Shown here piece by piece: positions 8,673 to 18,282 of a DNA stretch of 64,000 nucleotides; the first letter of the stretch is position 1, and every line of letters starts with the position of its first letter. Position numbers and translations under genes: made by a program. Source of the stretch: an uncultured Gammaproteobacteria bacterium (GTDB taxonomy: Bacteria; Patescibacteriota; Microgenomatia; UBA8517); assembly GCA_964600575.1 (NCBI GenBank), contig CAZRJH010000003.1, forward strand, positions 17,640 to 81,639, written 5' to 3'. Under the pieces are notes generated by a model. That model was given only the letters and a program-made list of their open reading frames with translations. It made no database searches and was not told the origin of the DNA.

Positions 8673-9446
8673 ATGGAATCTACAAACAAAAGAAGTAGCA
8701 GGCAGGAGTTGGCTAGTACAGGCCCAGCCGTGTACCAAGTCTTTAAAGAGCTAATACTTCATCCCAGAAGAAATGATAGCCATGGAAACTTGTACTACAA
8801 ACCGGGGGAAAAGTGGACAAGACCGGGCTGGGTCGACTTCGAAAAAGATGTCTCCAAAGATCATGGGCGTTTGAGTGCGTTCAATAACGAGCAGGAGAAA
8901 TATATAGATCAGTGCCGCATATTCTTGAGAGATTCTATAACAGATAGCGAAACATCACTTGCGAAGAGATTTGCCAAAAAGTGGGAAGCTTCCAACAAAA
9001 CCAAAGCCGAGTTCGAGGACTTACTCTGTGATTCCTTTTTGGATTGTTTTAACGAAGCAGTCGATAAAGAACCACATCTACTACCTGCATTCTATGGCTT
9101 TTTAGTCTCCTCTTTTAACGGTGTCGAAGGTCTCGAACTTGCACTCACAATGAGTATTTATTCGGATAGCATTGCCAATACAAGGTTAAATGAAAATATG
9201 AATAAATTTGTCGATATGCATGAGGATAAAAATGAACTGGGTGCCCCTAAAACATACGAAGTTCAATGTGCCGCACCTCTTCTTGCTATGAAAATAATTG
9301 ATCAAGGCAGGGAATGCTTAAAAAATGCAGGACTCACACAGGGCGATAAATCTATTAAAAATTCTAAGTCTAAATTGGCAGGACTTGCCACTGACCTGAG
9401 AACCGACTTAATGGTAAGAATGATTAAAGCCGGATTCCAAATCTGA
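8673..9446 (+). CDS. Hypothetical protein, member of an in-window paralogous pair (family A, copy 1)
   Basis: Shares colinear blocks with the 16676..17470 product: YQVFKELILHPRR / YQIYKDLIENPGR; LPAFYGFLVSSFNGVEGLELAL / TPAFYAFLISSGAGSEGLMIAL; YEVQCAAPLLAMKII / YEVQCAAPALTLKII. Confidence 0.6.
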   Translation: MESTNKRSSRQELASTGPAVYQVFKELILHPRRNDSHGNLYYKPGEKWTRPGWVDFEKDVSKDHGRLSAFNNEQEKYIDQCRIFLRDSITDSETSLAKRFAKKWEASNKTKAEFEDLLCDSFLDCFNEAVDKEPHLLPAFYGFLVSSFNGVEGLELALTMSIYSDSIANTRLNENMNKFVDMHEDKNELGAPKTYEVQCAAPLLAMKIIDQGRECLKNAGLTQGDKSIKNSKSKLAGLATDLRTDLMVRMIKAGFQI

Positions 9447-9486
9447 TTTGTTATTGCTTCACATTCTGTCTAGAATTCAGTAATCG

Positions 9487-10077
9487 ATGATTTTCAAATA
9501 TATTTTTTTCGATTGGCACAAAACATTGTCAAATGATATTTTTTGGCCCGATGACGATTTGATCTCCTTCCAGGTATTTAGAGCAAATTCTGATCTTGCG
9601 GAAAAGTGGATGAGAGGCGCATTGTCATCCGAACAGGTGGCTCTTTTTGTTAGTAATAAAACCGGTATCTCGGAAAAAGTCATCTTGGAAAAACTGGAAA
9701 AGGGCTGTAGGTCAATGAGTTTTTCCATTCCAAAAATGCGGGAGTATATAAAAAAACTAAAAGAGAAAAAAATAAGCTTAGGCATTGCAACCGACAATAT
9801 GGATACTTTTTCCAGGTATACGGTTCCGGCCTTAAACCTTAAAGAAATGTTTGATATATTTTTAATTTCTTCTGATTTGGGCTTTCTCAAAAATGATCTT
9901 GTCAAAGGTCGTCCCGTCTTTTTCGAAAAGTTTCTCAAAGATAATAGTTTAAATTATTCGGATATATTATTAATAGACGACTCACAGAAGGTTGCGAATA
10001 CCTACAAACCTCTTGGAATGAAAATAATAAATGTTACAAAAGACGGAGACCTGGAAACTTTTCTAAAATCGGTATGA
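9487..10077 (+). CDS. HAD-superfamily-like hydrolase with degenerate motif I
   Basis: FFDWHKTL (HAD motif I with His in place of the second Asp), GIATDN, LLIDDSQ (motif IV); 196 aa. Confidence 0.4.
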   Translation: MIFKYIFFDWHKTLSNDIFWPDDDLISFQVFRANSDLAEKWMRGALSSEQVALFVSNKTGISEKVILEKLEKGCRSMSFSIPKMREYIKKLKEKKISLGIATDNMDTFSRYTVPALNLKEMFDIFLISSDLGFLKNDLVKGRPVFFEKFLKDNSLNYSDILLIDDSQKVANTYKPLGMKIINVTKDGDLETFLKSV

Positions 10078-11546
10078 AATTTAGATTTAATAAAGAAAGT
10101 ATTTTTATTTTAGCGGTAGTTGTGTTTGCCTTTTTATTACGGGTTTATGGCATAGATAAAGACCTGCTTTATCACAGAGACCAGGGTTTGGTTGCCATGG
10201 ATATTTATAAAATTTGGCACGACAAAAAAATATCTCTGATAGGTGCCCCCACGGATGTTGACGGCTTGTATCATTCACCAGTTTATTATTGGATTTTGAC
10301 ACCACTTTATTGGCTGGGTAGGGGAGATGTTGTTTATCCCGCAATATTTCAAATTTTGCTGGAAATGCTATCATTGCCGCTTTTGTATTTTGGAGTAAAA
10401 AAACTGTTTGATAAAAAAACTGCTATTTTTACTTTAATTTTATATTCGGTTTCATACGGACTAATTTCTTATAGCAGGTGGTTTATAACGGTTCCTTTTA
10501 TACTCCCGCTGGCCAATATTCTTATATATTTTCTGTCAAAAGGGAAAAATATTTTTCGAGAATCGCTTTTGGTGGGAATGATATCTCAAACAAACGCTGC
10601 CGCAGGTGTCTTCTATATACCTTTTATCTTGTTTAGGTACAGAAAAGAAATAAATTTAGTCAATCTAATCAAATCGGCTACTGCATTCATAATACCCGCA
10701 ATTCCACTTGTTGTTTTTCAGTTCCGTCACGATTTTGTTATTTTCAAAACGGTCGCCGCCTATTCGTCGGGATCTGCTGGACTAGGGTTTAGCCTTTCGG
10801 TTTACGCAAAAAATCTGGTAATCTTTTTGCAGGAAATTAATCACATCATTTATTACCCGTTTGCGGCGCTTACTACATTCTTATTCATATACGGCCTATC
10901 TAAAATAAAACAGCATAAAGAACTAATATTTTCTTACATTTTTATACCGTTTGTTTTTCTGGGACTTTATCAAAGGGGGGCTATTAGTTTTTTCTTTATG
11001 GCGGCACTGCCCATGCTTTTATCGGTTGTTGTATTTGGAATAACGAAGTTTCCGTTATTATTGAGAAATTTATTTTTGATAACTGTTATTGTGTCAAATC
11101 TGTTACTTTTAAAAAATGTTTACGAGCCAAATAATGCACTCATTCCCATAGGTGACAGAAATGTGATAACCATTTCTGACAGAAAGAAAATTATTGATTG
11201 GATGTATAAAAAAGCCGAAGGAAAAGATTTCTCTTTGTGGATTTATACAATTCCTTATTTTCAGGACTACCCATGGGACTATCTATTTACAACTTACGCT
11301 CTACCTAAGTACGGATATCTTCCCGAAAAAACTGGATCGTTTTCCAAAAACGACCTAAACAAATCCGTTTACTTTTTTAATGTCTATGAAGTTGATCATG
11401 ACAACTCGTCGAGGCAGGATTCCTGGTTTTTTGATATTCAAAACAATTTCGGTAAAACAAAGGAATATGTCGGGTATCATGACGTTCACATAGAACTTAG
11501 ATCTTGGAGCGCGACTGTCGACTCTTCGAAAAAGAAAACCTTTTAA
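10074..11546 (+). CDS. Polytopic membrane protein, GT39 (PMT/ArnT-like, GT-C fold) glycosyltransferase-like; paralog 1 of 3
   Basis: Many TM segments; N-terminal loop DQGLVAMD...LIGAPTDVDGLYHSPVYYWILTPLYWLG is colinear with the 49178 and 51668 products. Confidence 0.6.
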   Translation: MKFRFNKESIFILAVVVFAFLLRVYGIDKDLLYHRDQGLVAMDIYKIWHDKKISLIGAPTDVDGLYHSPVYYWILTPLYWLGRGDVVYPAIFQILLEMLSLPLLYFGVKKLFDKKTAIFTLILYSVSYGLISYSRWFITVPFILPLANILIYFLSKGKNIFRESLLVGMISQTNAAAGVFYIPFILFRYRKEINLVNLIKSATAFIIPAIPLVVFQFRHDFVIFKTVAAYSSGSAGLGFSLSVYAKNLVIFLQEINHIIYYPFAALTTFLFIYGLSKIKQHKELIFSYIFIPFVFLGLYQRGAISFFFMAALPMLLSVVVFGITKFPLLLRNLFLITVIVSNLLLLKNVYEPNNALIPIGDRNVITISDRKKIIDWMYKKAEGKDFSLWIYTIPYFQDYPWDYLFTTYALPKYGYLPEKTGSFSKNDLNKSVYFFNVYEVDHDNSSRQDSWFFDIQNNFGKTKEYVGYHDVHIELRSWSATVDSSKKKTF

Positions 11547-11586
11547 GTTTATTCTCTGCGGTTAGAAATCTCTGCTAAGATTACAT

Positions 11587-12558
11587 GTGGCAGAAAAATC
11601 GGGTGAATCGTCACTTCAACTATCTTTGGAAAGAAATAAGAGCCTTGGCGATAGACTTATGTTTGTAACATTGGAAAAACAGGGTGGGGGAGAACACTGG
11701 TTGCAATGGCGCGACCCAAATCTTGCCCAACAAATAGCCGACGAGACTTATGGACCCCAATACGAAAATGACAAAAAACAAATAGACGCCTCAAAAGATA
11801 TCAAAGGGCGACCTGTCACTTACTGGAGGAGTATGAGCATAGAAGCATTTTTAAAAATTCTTAAAAACGGCGAAATTACTTCTATGGATTACCATCGCGA
11901 TGTGTTGGACGACGAGGACAAAAAACAACTACAAGTCTATCTCGCAGACTACGACCGCTATTTAAAGTACGAATCGGGTATAAAATACTACGGCAAAGAC
12001 TTTGACCAAAAGCGAGCAATGTCAGCATTGGATTTGGCAAGGTATTTATTCCCAAAAAAAGATCCGGATGAATTAGAGAAGCTTTTTTTAAAGGATGCAG
12101 ACGTTACGTGGACATCCTTAATGCGCTTTTTAGACGAAAATTTGGAAGAGGGTTATATAAAAGGCAGACACGCAGGCGGGGTTATGAAAAGATTTTCACC
12201 TTTCTTGTCGCTTAGTATCGCAACACCCAGAGAGTCAGTAATTGATTCAACGGAGGTTATTGTAGAGTTTGTAGTTCCAGACTCGACTTTCATTTTTAAT
12301 GATAGGAATGGCGCCGTTGGTGAGAGGGAATTTCTTGCTAAAAAATTAAAATCAAACTGGATTGCCAGAGTTTACATTGATACAAATGTTTTTTATAAAG
12401 ATTTTGTAAATAATCCCGATACACCAATGGGTCAATATAAAAATGACTCTGAAAACAAAGAAGCAATCAGAAGTCGCGGAAGTGTTGTAGAATCTTTTAG
12501 ATGGGATGTGCCCATATCCGAAACACTGCCTGCTTCTGGGGGTGTAAGCATAACTTAG
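11587..12558 (+). CDS. Hypothetical protein (323 aa)
   Basis: ORF begins with GTG in the track; internal ATG at codon 25 (MFVTLEK) is an alternative start; no recognised domain. Confidence 0.45.
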   Translation: MAEKSGESSLQLSLERNKSLGDRLMFVTLEKQGGGEHWLQWRDPNLAQQIADETYGPQYENDKKQIDASKDIKGRPVTYWRSMSIEAFLKILKNGEITSMDYHRDVLDDEDKKQLQVYLADYDRYLKYESGIKYYGKDFDQKRAMSALDLARYLFPKKDPDELEKLFLKDADVTWTSLMRFLDENLEEGYIKGRHAGGVMKRFSPFLSLSIATPRESVIDSTEVIVEFVVPDSTFIFNDRNGAVGEREFLAKKLKSNWIARVYIDTNVFYKDFVNNPDTPMGQYKNDSENKEAIRSRGSVVESFRWDVPISETLPASGGVSIT

Positions 12559-13418
12559 ATAAGCGTAAGTACTATGCCAACTACAACTATGACTACACCG
12601 ATAATTTTTTGAGTAATCTTTTCCTTTTCTTTCAATATAAATATTCCATAAAATACGGAAAATATTGTCATCGCCTGATACAACCCCACAACTTTACTGG
12701 CGTCGGCCACCGCCAGCGCCTTAACTAAAAGAAAAGAAGAAATTATATTAAATGCACCTGCGGCAATCATTTGGGGAAACTTTTTTACAGCGACCATGGT
12801 TATCTGTTTGGCCGGTTTTTGCATCAAAAACGGCAGGACTATCAAAGGTAGAATTCCTTGCGACATAACTATAAATTCACTGGAGGCAAGACCGCTAACA
12901 TTTTTTAGGACGGTGCTCAAAAGTGCACTGGAAAAAGAAAACAAAAATGCGGTTTTGATTCCCTTGTCTCTTTTAATTTCTTTAGGCGAAGAAACAACTG
13001 CAATACCTGCAAATATGGCAACTATCCCCGCGTATTCGGAAACATTCAACCTTTCTCCTATTAAAAGATATGCAAGAATAGGAGACCATACAACTCGAAG
13101 GCGAGAAATTATGGAGGATATGGAAAGTTCCGTTAATGCATGCATTTTCATAAATACATAAACGGAAAACAGTTCGGTAAGTCCTACAAGTGCAAACATT
13201 CCAAGGGAATGTAAATTCAGGTTCGGGAATCCTTTGAACAAAACTATAAATAGAAAAAATCCTGACCTGATAAATTCAAACCACCAGGCATAAGCCGTAT
13301 AATCCCCCTTATCTTTAAGTGCGGTTCTGTTGGTGATATTAAAGCCGTTAGAGGCCAAGCCGGCAACGGCTGCGAGAATAAACCAATTCATAGTAATATA
13401 ATATGCGCTCTCCGCCAC
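12555..13418 (-). CDS. EamA/DMT-family transporter (drug/metabolite exporter)
   Basis: About 10 TM segments in two repeated halves; 287 aa; start may be at the internal Met (MNWFIL). Confidence 0.7.
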   Translation of the reverse strand: MAESAYYITMNWFILAAVAGLASNGFNITNRTALKDKGDYTAYAWWFEFIRSGFFLFIVLFKGFPNLNLHSLGMFALVGLTELFSVYVFMKMHALTELSISSIISRLRVVWSPILAYLLIGERLNVSEYAGIVAIFAGIAVVSSPKEIKRDKGIKTAFLFSFSSALLSTVLKNVSGLASSEFIVMSQGILPLIVLPFLMQKPAKQITMVAVKKFPQMIAAGAFNIISSFLLVKALAVADASKVVGLYQAMTIFSVFYGIFILKEKEKITQKIIGVVIVVVGIVLTLI

Positions 13419-13440
13419 AAACGGAATAACTTTTTTCGCT

Positions 13441-14616
13441 ATGAAAAAAATACTGGTAGTCTCATCTCCTTTTGGCGGTCATCTTACAATTCTTAAGGAG
13501 TTTATCGGTCGGTTCAAAGATTCATACAATATAGAGCTTCTCATTACGGGCTGGGATAACATTGAACCCGATTTGTCGGGAGTCACTGTGCCGATAAAAA
13601 TCCTGTCGGCGGGGATATTAAGGGAAACCGATCCGGGACTTTGGACGTTTCCTAGGGTAGAAATTCTTATCGAACAAGTTCTCGCTTATACAAAAAACTA
13701 CAATCCCGACTTAATTTTTTACGATTTTTTTAGTTTAGAAGCATATTTTGTAAGCCGTTTGTTGCATATTCCCGCGTGGTCATCGATTCCTTCGATGGTT
13801 GGTCCGTCTGATAAAAATTATCTGCAAGAAAAAATGAACAATTCGGAGAATGTAAAATCTTTAGAAAATTTGGAAAATAAATATGGTGACATTTTTGTAA
13901 ATTTCAAAACGGAAACCGTTTCCGATGGGATACACATACCGGCTCAAAAAAATATAGTTTGGTCGTATAAATCCGTTGTCTCACCAAATTGGCATCAAGG
14001 TAGAGATAAATCTATGTACATTTTTGTCGGAAACATTAGAGGTAAAAATATTAAAAAAGAAAAGACTATCAAAACAATATATTTTTCACTGGGCACTGTT
14101 GTTATGAATAATATTTGGAACCAACAAGCGGAAACAAGAGATAAATTAAAAGAGTTTATTACCGAACTGTCTAAAGTTTGGGATAGGAACGATTTGAAGA
14201 TAATTTTTTCAGGTCAAGGTAAAGAGATTTTTGATACCGATCCTTCTAATTGGGAGGTGGAAATTAATCCCGACCAAATCGAATGTTTATCAAGATCGCA
14301 TGTCTTTGTAACTCACGGAGGCAGTAATAGCTTCCACGAAGCATTGATACAAAATGTTCCTATGATTGTATTACCTTTTTTTGGTGACCAACCGTTAACA
14401 GGGGAAAGAGTGGAATTTTTAGGTTTGGGTTTTAATATATTTAAAGATCAGACAGTTGATACTCATAAAGAAAAAGTTCTTATAGATAGAGAAACGGCTT
14501 ACAAAGTTGCTCAAAAAGCCGATTATATATTTAGTAATTACGATTTATTCTTATCAAACTTTGCTAAACTGGATTTAAGTCACGAGAGTCTTATCAACCT
14601 GCTAAAAACTATATGA
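13441..14616 (+). CDS. GT1-family (UDP-glycosyltransferase / MGT-like) glycosyltransferase
   Basis: C-terminal UDPGT-like signature HVFVTHGGSNSFHEALIQNVPMIVLPFFGDQPLTGERVE; N-terminal GGH motif; 391 aa. Confidence 0.8.
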   Translation: MKKILVVSSPFGGHLTILKEFIGRFKDSYNIELLITGWDNIEPDLSGVTVPIKILSAGILRETDPGLWTFPRVEILIEQVLAYTKNYNPDLIFYDFFSLEAYFVSRLLHIPAWSSIPSMVGPSDKNYLQEKMNNSENVKSLENLENKYGDIFVNFKTETVSDGIHIPAQKNIVWSYKSVVSPNWHQGRDKSMYIFVGNIRGKNIKKEKTIKTIYFSLGTVVMNNIWNQQAETRDKLKEFITELSKVWDRNDLKIIFSGQGKEIFDTDPSNWEVEINPDQIECLSRSHVFVTHGGSNSFHEALIQNVPMIVLPFFGDQPLTGERVEFLGLGFNIFKDQTVDTHKEKVLIDRETAYKVAQKADYIFSNYDLFLSNFAKLDLSHESLINLLKTI

Positions 14617-15557
14617 CGGCGGATATCAAACGGTCGGAAAGGGAGCCTTTTTTAGGAGTTACCGAGTGGGGTTTGGCAAACGGCATTAATCTAAAAATTA
14701 AAACCGATTTTCCGCTTAGTGTATCTCAAAAAAATATTCTGATGGCGGAGTCATACCTGCCGGGCTTTCGCGGCGAACCGTCCAAAAAACCCGAAGGGGA
14801 AGTTGTAATGGATTTGCGTCAAGCGCAAAACACTGTTATTTTCCAGGAACCTCACAAATTAACTTGGAGGGGTATGTGGAACGAAAGTTTAAATCTCGAT
14901 TTTTTCCACGCGGCTTATGCAATGGAAAGACTTTCACTTATCGATGTAAAACTTTTCCCGACCCATGCTGCTTGTGTCGGAACAATAGACGGGGGTTATA
15001 TGCTTTTGGCCGCGTATCCCAGTAACGGTAAAACTTCGACGCTTTTAAATTTAGTCGGGGAGTACGGCCAGAAAGTTTTTTCGGGAGATAAAACAGTAAT
15101 CTCCTTTTCGGGCAATTCCCTAACTGCGGAGGCAGGGACCAAAGCCGTAACTGCAAGACCTATCGTCTTCGAGCGATATGCCCCCAAAATTTCTAAAACG
15201 GGATACCTGGACAGAAATGCGACTTTTTTGCCGCCGGATTTTTACGAAACAAGCGATAAAGTTAATATCTCAAGAATTGCAATTATTAGAGAGGACCCCG
15301 CCGTTAGTGAATCGGAATATTTACCTGAAGTTAGCGCCGCACATAAACTTTTTCCTTTTTTTATGGATGTTACTAATGCGGATAAACTTATATACGGTGC
15401 AAACGGGGCAATGACGGGGTTTGTAAACGGAACGGTTCCCGAAGAGTCCAGAATGTATCTCGGTAGAAAACTAATAAGAGTTACCGAAAACATCAAAACA
15501 CAAATGGTTACGGGTTCTATAGAATTCATAACGGAAAAACTAATGAATCAAAAATGA
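14613..15557 (+). CDS. P-loop protein resembling the HPr kinase/phosphorylase C-terminal domain
   Basis: LAAYPSNGKTSTLLNLVGEYGQKVFSGDKTV resembles the HprK block GxSGxGKSExALEL..GHxLVADD; ATGA overlap with the upstream GT1 gene. Confidence 0.4.
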   Translation: MTADIKRSEREPFLGVTEWGLANGINLKIKTDFPLSVSQKNILMAESYLPGFRGEPSKKPEGEVVMDLRQAQNTVIFQEPHKLTWRGMWNESLNLDFFHAAYAMERLSLIDVKLFPTHAACVGTIDGGYMLLAAYPSNGKTSTLLNLVGEYGQKVFSGDKTVISFSGNSLTAEAGTKAVTARPIVFERYAPKISKTGYLDRNATFLPPDFYETSDKVNISRIAIIREDPAVSESEYLPEVSAAHKLFPFFMDVTNADKLIYGANGAMTGFVNGTVPEESRMYLGRKLIRVTENIKTQMVTGSIEFITEKLMNQK

Positions 15558-16672
15558 AGAAAATATTATTCGGCATAACGGGAATCGGTTTTGGACACAC
15601 TTATAGACAGATGCCTTTGGTAGAACACTTTTTAGAAAAAGGCGATAAGGTAGCGATTTTTGCTTACGACGAAAGTCTTGTTATCTTTCAAAAGCAATTT
15701 GCAGACGTAAAAAATATTAAAGTTGTCGAGGTGGCAGTTCCCTTTTTTGCAGGCGGGCCTACGGGTCTGGATTTTCGGACGGCCTCAACAATGGCTTACA
15801 ACACAAAAGACTTTTATGTCACAAATTTCAAAGCGTGGGCCGAAGCCAAGGAATTTGTAGGAAAACCGGACTTGGTTATTAGCGATTACGACCCGGTTAG
15901 CGCCCAGTATGCATATTCACAAAATTCTCCGCTTGTTACATACGACCAGCAAAGCAAATATTTGGTTGGAGATTTTCCCGAGAACATTTCCGGTACGGGT
16001 TTTGCCGATGAGGTTGAGAGACTTCATATGTTTTTCCCTAAGGTTTCGGCAAGAATTGCCTCGTCATTTTTTAATTTTGAGAAAATTAATAATGGGGATG
16101 AGGTATCAATATTTCCTCCGACGATAAACAAAACTTTGTTAAATTCGACAATGGGTGCAAATAAAACCAAAGAAAATAAGGTACTGGTACATATATCGAA
16201 AGCAAAATCTTTCAATCAACCTTTATCAGAAATCTTTGATGTTTTTAACTCTGCCGCCGATTTTAAATTTTACGTTTTTACCGAACCTTCCCAAGTCAAA
16301 GAATATTCCAATAAATTCAAAAATATAAATTTTTTTGAACACGATACCGATACTTTTCATAAACTTCTACCTGAATGTTCTGCTGTTGTTTCCAGTGCGG
16401 GACATTCGCTTATTTCCGAAGCGTTGTACCTAAACACACCTCTAATGCTTGTTCCAATATCAACATATGAGCAATACATGAATGCCAAAAAGGTGGAAGA
16501 GGGCGGTTTCGGGGTTTCGGTCGAAAAAATAACCTCTGAAAACCTTAAATCTTTTTTAAGAAATTTAGGTAAGTATGTATTAAATATTCAAAATGACACA
16601 AAAATAATTCTTAAAGGCGTAGGACAGGAGAAAATAATTGAATTTTTGAACAGAAAGTTTTTAAATCGATAA
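15554..16672 (+). CDS. GT-B glycosyltransferase (GT28/MurG-like or GT1-like)
   Basis: N-terminal GITGIGFGHTYRQMP (MurG-like G-loop); C-terminal SSAGHSLISEALYLNTPLMLVP; ATGA overlap with the upstream gene. Confidence 0.7.
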   Translation: MKKILFGITGIGFGHTYRQMPLVEHFLEKGDKVAIFAYDESLVIFQKQFADVKNIKVVEVAVPFFAGGPTGLDFRTASTMAYNTKDFYVTNFKAWAEAKEFVGKPDLVISDYDPVSAQYAYSQNSPLVTYDQQSKYLVGDFPENISGTGFADEVERLHMFFPKVSARIASSFFNFEKINNGDEVSIFPPTINKTLLNSTMGANKTKENKVLVHISKAKSFNQPLSEIFDVFNSAADFKFYVFTEPSQVKEYSNKFKNINFFEHDTDTFHKLLPECSAVVSSAGHSLISEALYLNTPLMLVPISTYEQYMNAKKVEEGGFGVSVEKITSENLKSFLRNLGKYVLNIQNDTKIILKGVGQEKIIEFLNRKFLNR

Positions 16673-16675
16673 AAT

Positions 16676-17470
16676 ATGGCTGATAGATTAAACGGAGAAG
16701 TTCCAAAAAGGTTAAAAATAGAAGAGATAACTTCTCATCGAGAAGTCTATCAAATCTATAAGGATTTAATAGAAAATCCGGGCCGAGGCAGGCAGGAGAC
16801 GGATAAACCCACCTACTACAAACCACCGCAATCATATCGTTACGAAAACGGGAGAGAAGATTTCCCAATAGACCATGCATTTAGGCGGAAGACTTCATTT
16901 ACAGAAAAGCAGGAGATATATAACGATCTCTTGCGTGTAACCCTCCGCAACGAAATTGCAGATCCCGACAGCGGTCTTGTCGGCGGATTCAAAAAACGGT
17001 GGGATAAAGACCCCAACCCAGCAAAATTTGAAAATCATTTGGTAGAAGCTTACATGGAAAGTCTCAAAAAAGCTTTTGATAAAAACCCTAACTTAACTCC
17101 CGCGTTTTATGCATTTCTGATTTCCTCGGGTGCCGGGTCCGAAGGTTTGATGATTGCACTAAGAGAGGGTGTTTTTCCAAGATTAACAGGCAGAAAAGAT
17201 CGGGATCAATATATGGCCTTTGTTGGTATGCATTTAACAGAAAAGGAAAAACCTCAAAAATTGGAATACGAAGTGCAGTGTGCCGCTCCCGCACTTACTC
17301 TGAAAATAATAAAGGAAGTTGAGACATGTCTACAGCATACAGGCAGAACCATGCGGGATTTGGAAATGGGAACTTTCGACGGACCATGGATGAACATATC
17401 TTCCGGTGTCAAAAAAATTTTAAAAGAAAAAATGAAAGATTTGGGTTATACAAACCTCAAAGAATCTTAA
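16676..17470 (+). CDS. Hypothetical protein, paralog of the 8673..9446 product (family A, copy 2)
   Basis: See the shared blocks listed for 8673..9446; 264 aa; 3-bp gap after the upstream GT gene suggests co-transcription. Confidence 0.6.
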   Translation: MADRLNGEVPKRLKIEEITSHREVYQIYKDLIENPGRGRQETDKPTYYKPPQSYRYENGREDFPIDHAFRRKTSFTEKQEIYNDLLRVTLRNEIADPDSGLVGGFKKRWDKDPNPAKFENHLVEAYMESLKKAFDKNPNLTPAFYAFLISSGAGSEGLMIALREGVFPRLTGRKDRDQYMAFVGMHLTEKEKPQKLEYEVQCAAPALTLKIIKEVETCLQHTGRTMRDLEMGTFDGPWMNISSGVKKILKEKMKDLGYTNLKES

Positions 17471-17494
17471 ATAGTTAGACTATAAGTTATTTTA

Positions 17495-18169
17495 ATGTTA
17501 AAATCCGCCGTTATGACGGAAATTTTAAGATTAGCCCCTGACGTAATTGTTTTTGACCGAAAAATCGAAAAAAGTTTTACTTCGGTTGATTTTAAACTCA
17601 AAGTTGTTGACTGGCAGGAAGTCGACTTGATGGTTAGGCACGGATCACTTTTGATTAACGACGAAGAAGCCAGAAGTGTTATTGCCGAAACTGACTTCAT
17701 TTCCAAAGAAAACATACTTAAGGAAAGGTCCTCAAGACCTCCCGACGACGACAGAGTTTTTGCACGGAGACAATGGCAATACAGGCGATATTTATCTCAA
17801 AAGATTGGAGAAAAAGACCCGTTGGATTACTCGGCTCTGCAATGGATGACTAAAGATTTGGCGCAGTCGGAAGAGCGACATGTTTTTGAAAACGGAATGC
17901 GGTTGGAAATTCCAGAAATTGATTTTATTCCGGGTGCCGTTTTAGAAGTTCATCAAGTGAGCGGTGACACCTTTTACTATAAGTTTCCAAATATTGTGTC
18001 GGAAAATAACATCCGCCTTATGGTTCAAGTTCCTTCGGATAAGATCCAAAGTGGAAAATATAAAGTAATGACGCCTTCTGATATTAGAAACGCATTTGAA
18101 TTGTATGGTGCCGTAAACGGTCTAACCTATTCCTGGGTTCTGGCGGACAGCATTATAAAAATGCAATGA
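17495..18169 (+). CDS. Hypothetical protein (224 aa)
   Basis: Long ORF in the operon context; no recognised motif. Confidence 0.45.
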   Translation: MLKSAVMTEILRLAPDVIVFDRKIEKSFTSVDFKLKVVDWQEVDLMVRHGSLLINDEEARSVIAETDFISKENILKERSSRPPDDDRVFARRQWQYRRYLSQKIGEKDPLDYSALQWMTKDLAQSEERHVFENGMRLEIPEIDFIPGAVLEVHQVSGDTFYYKFPNIVSENNIRLMVQVPSDKIQSGKYKVMTPSDIRNAFELYGAVNGLTYSWVLADSIIKMQ

Positions 18170-18233
18170 CATCCTCCTCACACGAAAGTGCGAGATTCAC
18201 ACAATGAGGATGACGCACCAATTGTTCAATTTG

Positions 18234-18262
18234 TACTCGCATTTATAAGCGAGTTTTTTTAA
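18234..18262 (+). terminator. Intrinsic terminator (actcgc-atttataa-gcgagt plus T7)
   Basis: 6-bp stem, 8-nt loop, T7 at 18255-18261; preceded by a second imperfect hairpin at 18172-18216. Confidence 0.6.
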
Positions 18263-18267
18263 ACAAT

Positions 18268-18276
18268 TGGTATAAT
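18268..18276 (+). promoter_or_regulatory. Extended -10 promoter TGgTATAAT, 6 nt before ATG 18283 (leaderless)
   Basis: attGGTATAATgtttgtATG. Confidence 0.45.
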
Positions 18277-18282
18277 GTTTGT

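Noticed and set aside
9477-9938. 153-aa minus-strand ORF overlapping the HAD-like gene
   Set aside because: Fully embedded antisense to a plus-strand gene with recognisable HAD motifs and operon coupling; no start-site signals
12501-12728. 75-aa Cys/Tyr-rich small ORF (a possible precursor peptide near the GT1/HprK-like cassette)
   Set aside because: It overlaps the 3' end of the upstream gene and the 3' end of the convergent EamA gene, has no SD or promoter, and Tyr/Asn-rich AT-driven composition; most likely spurious
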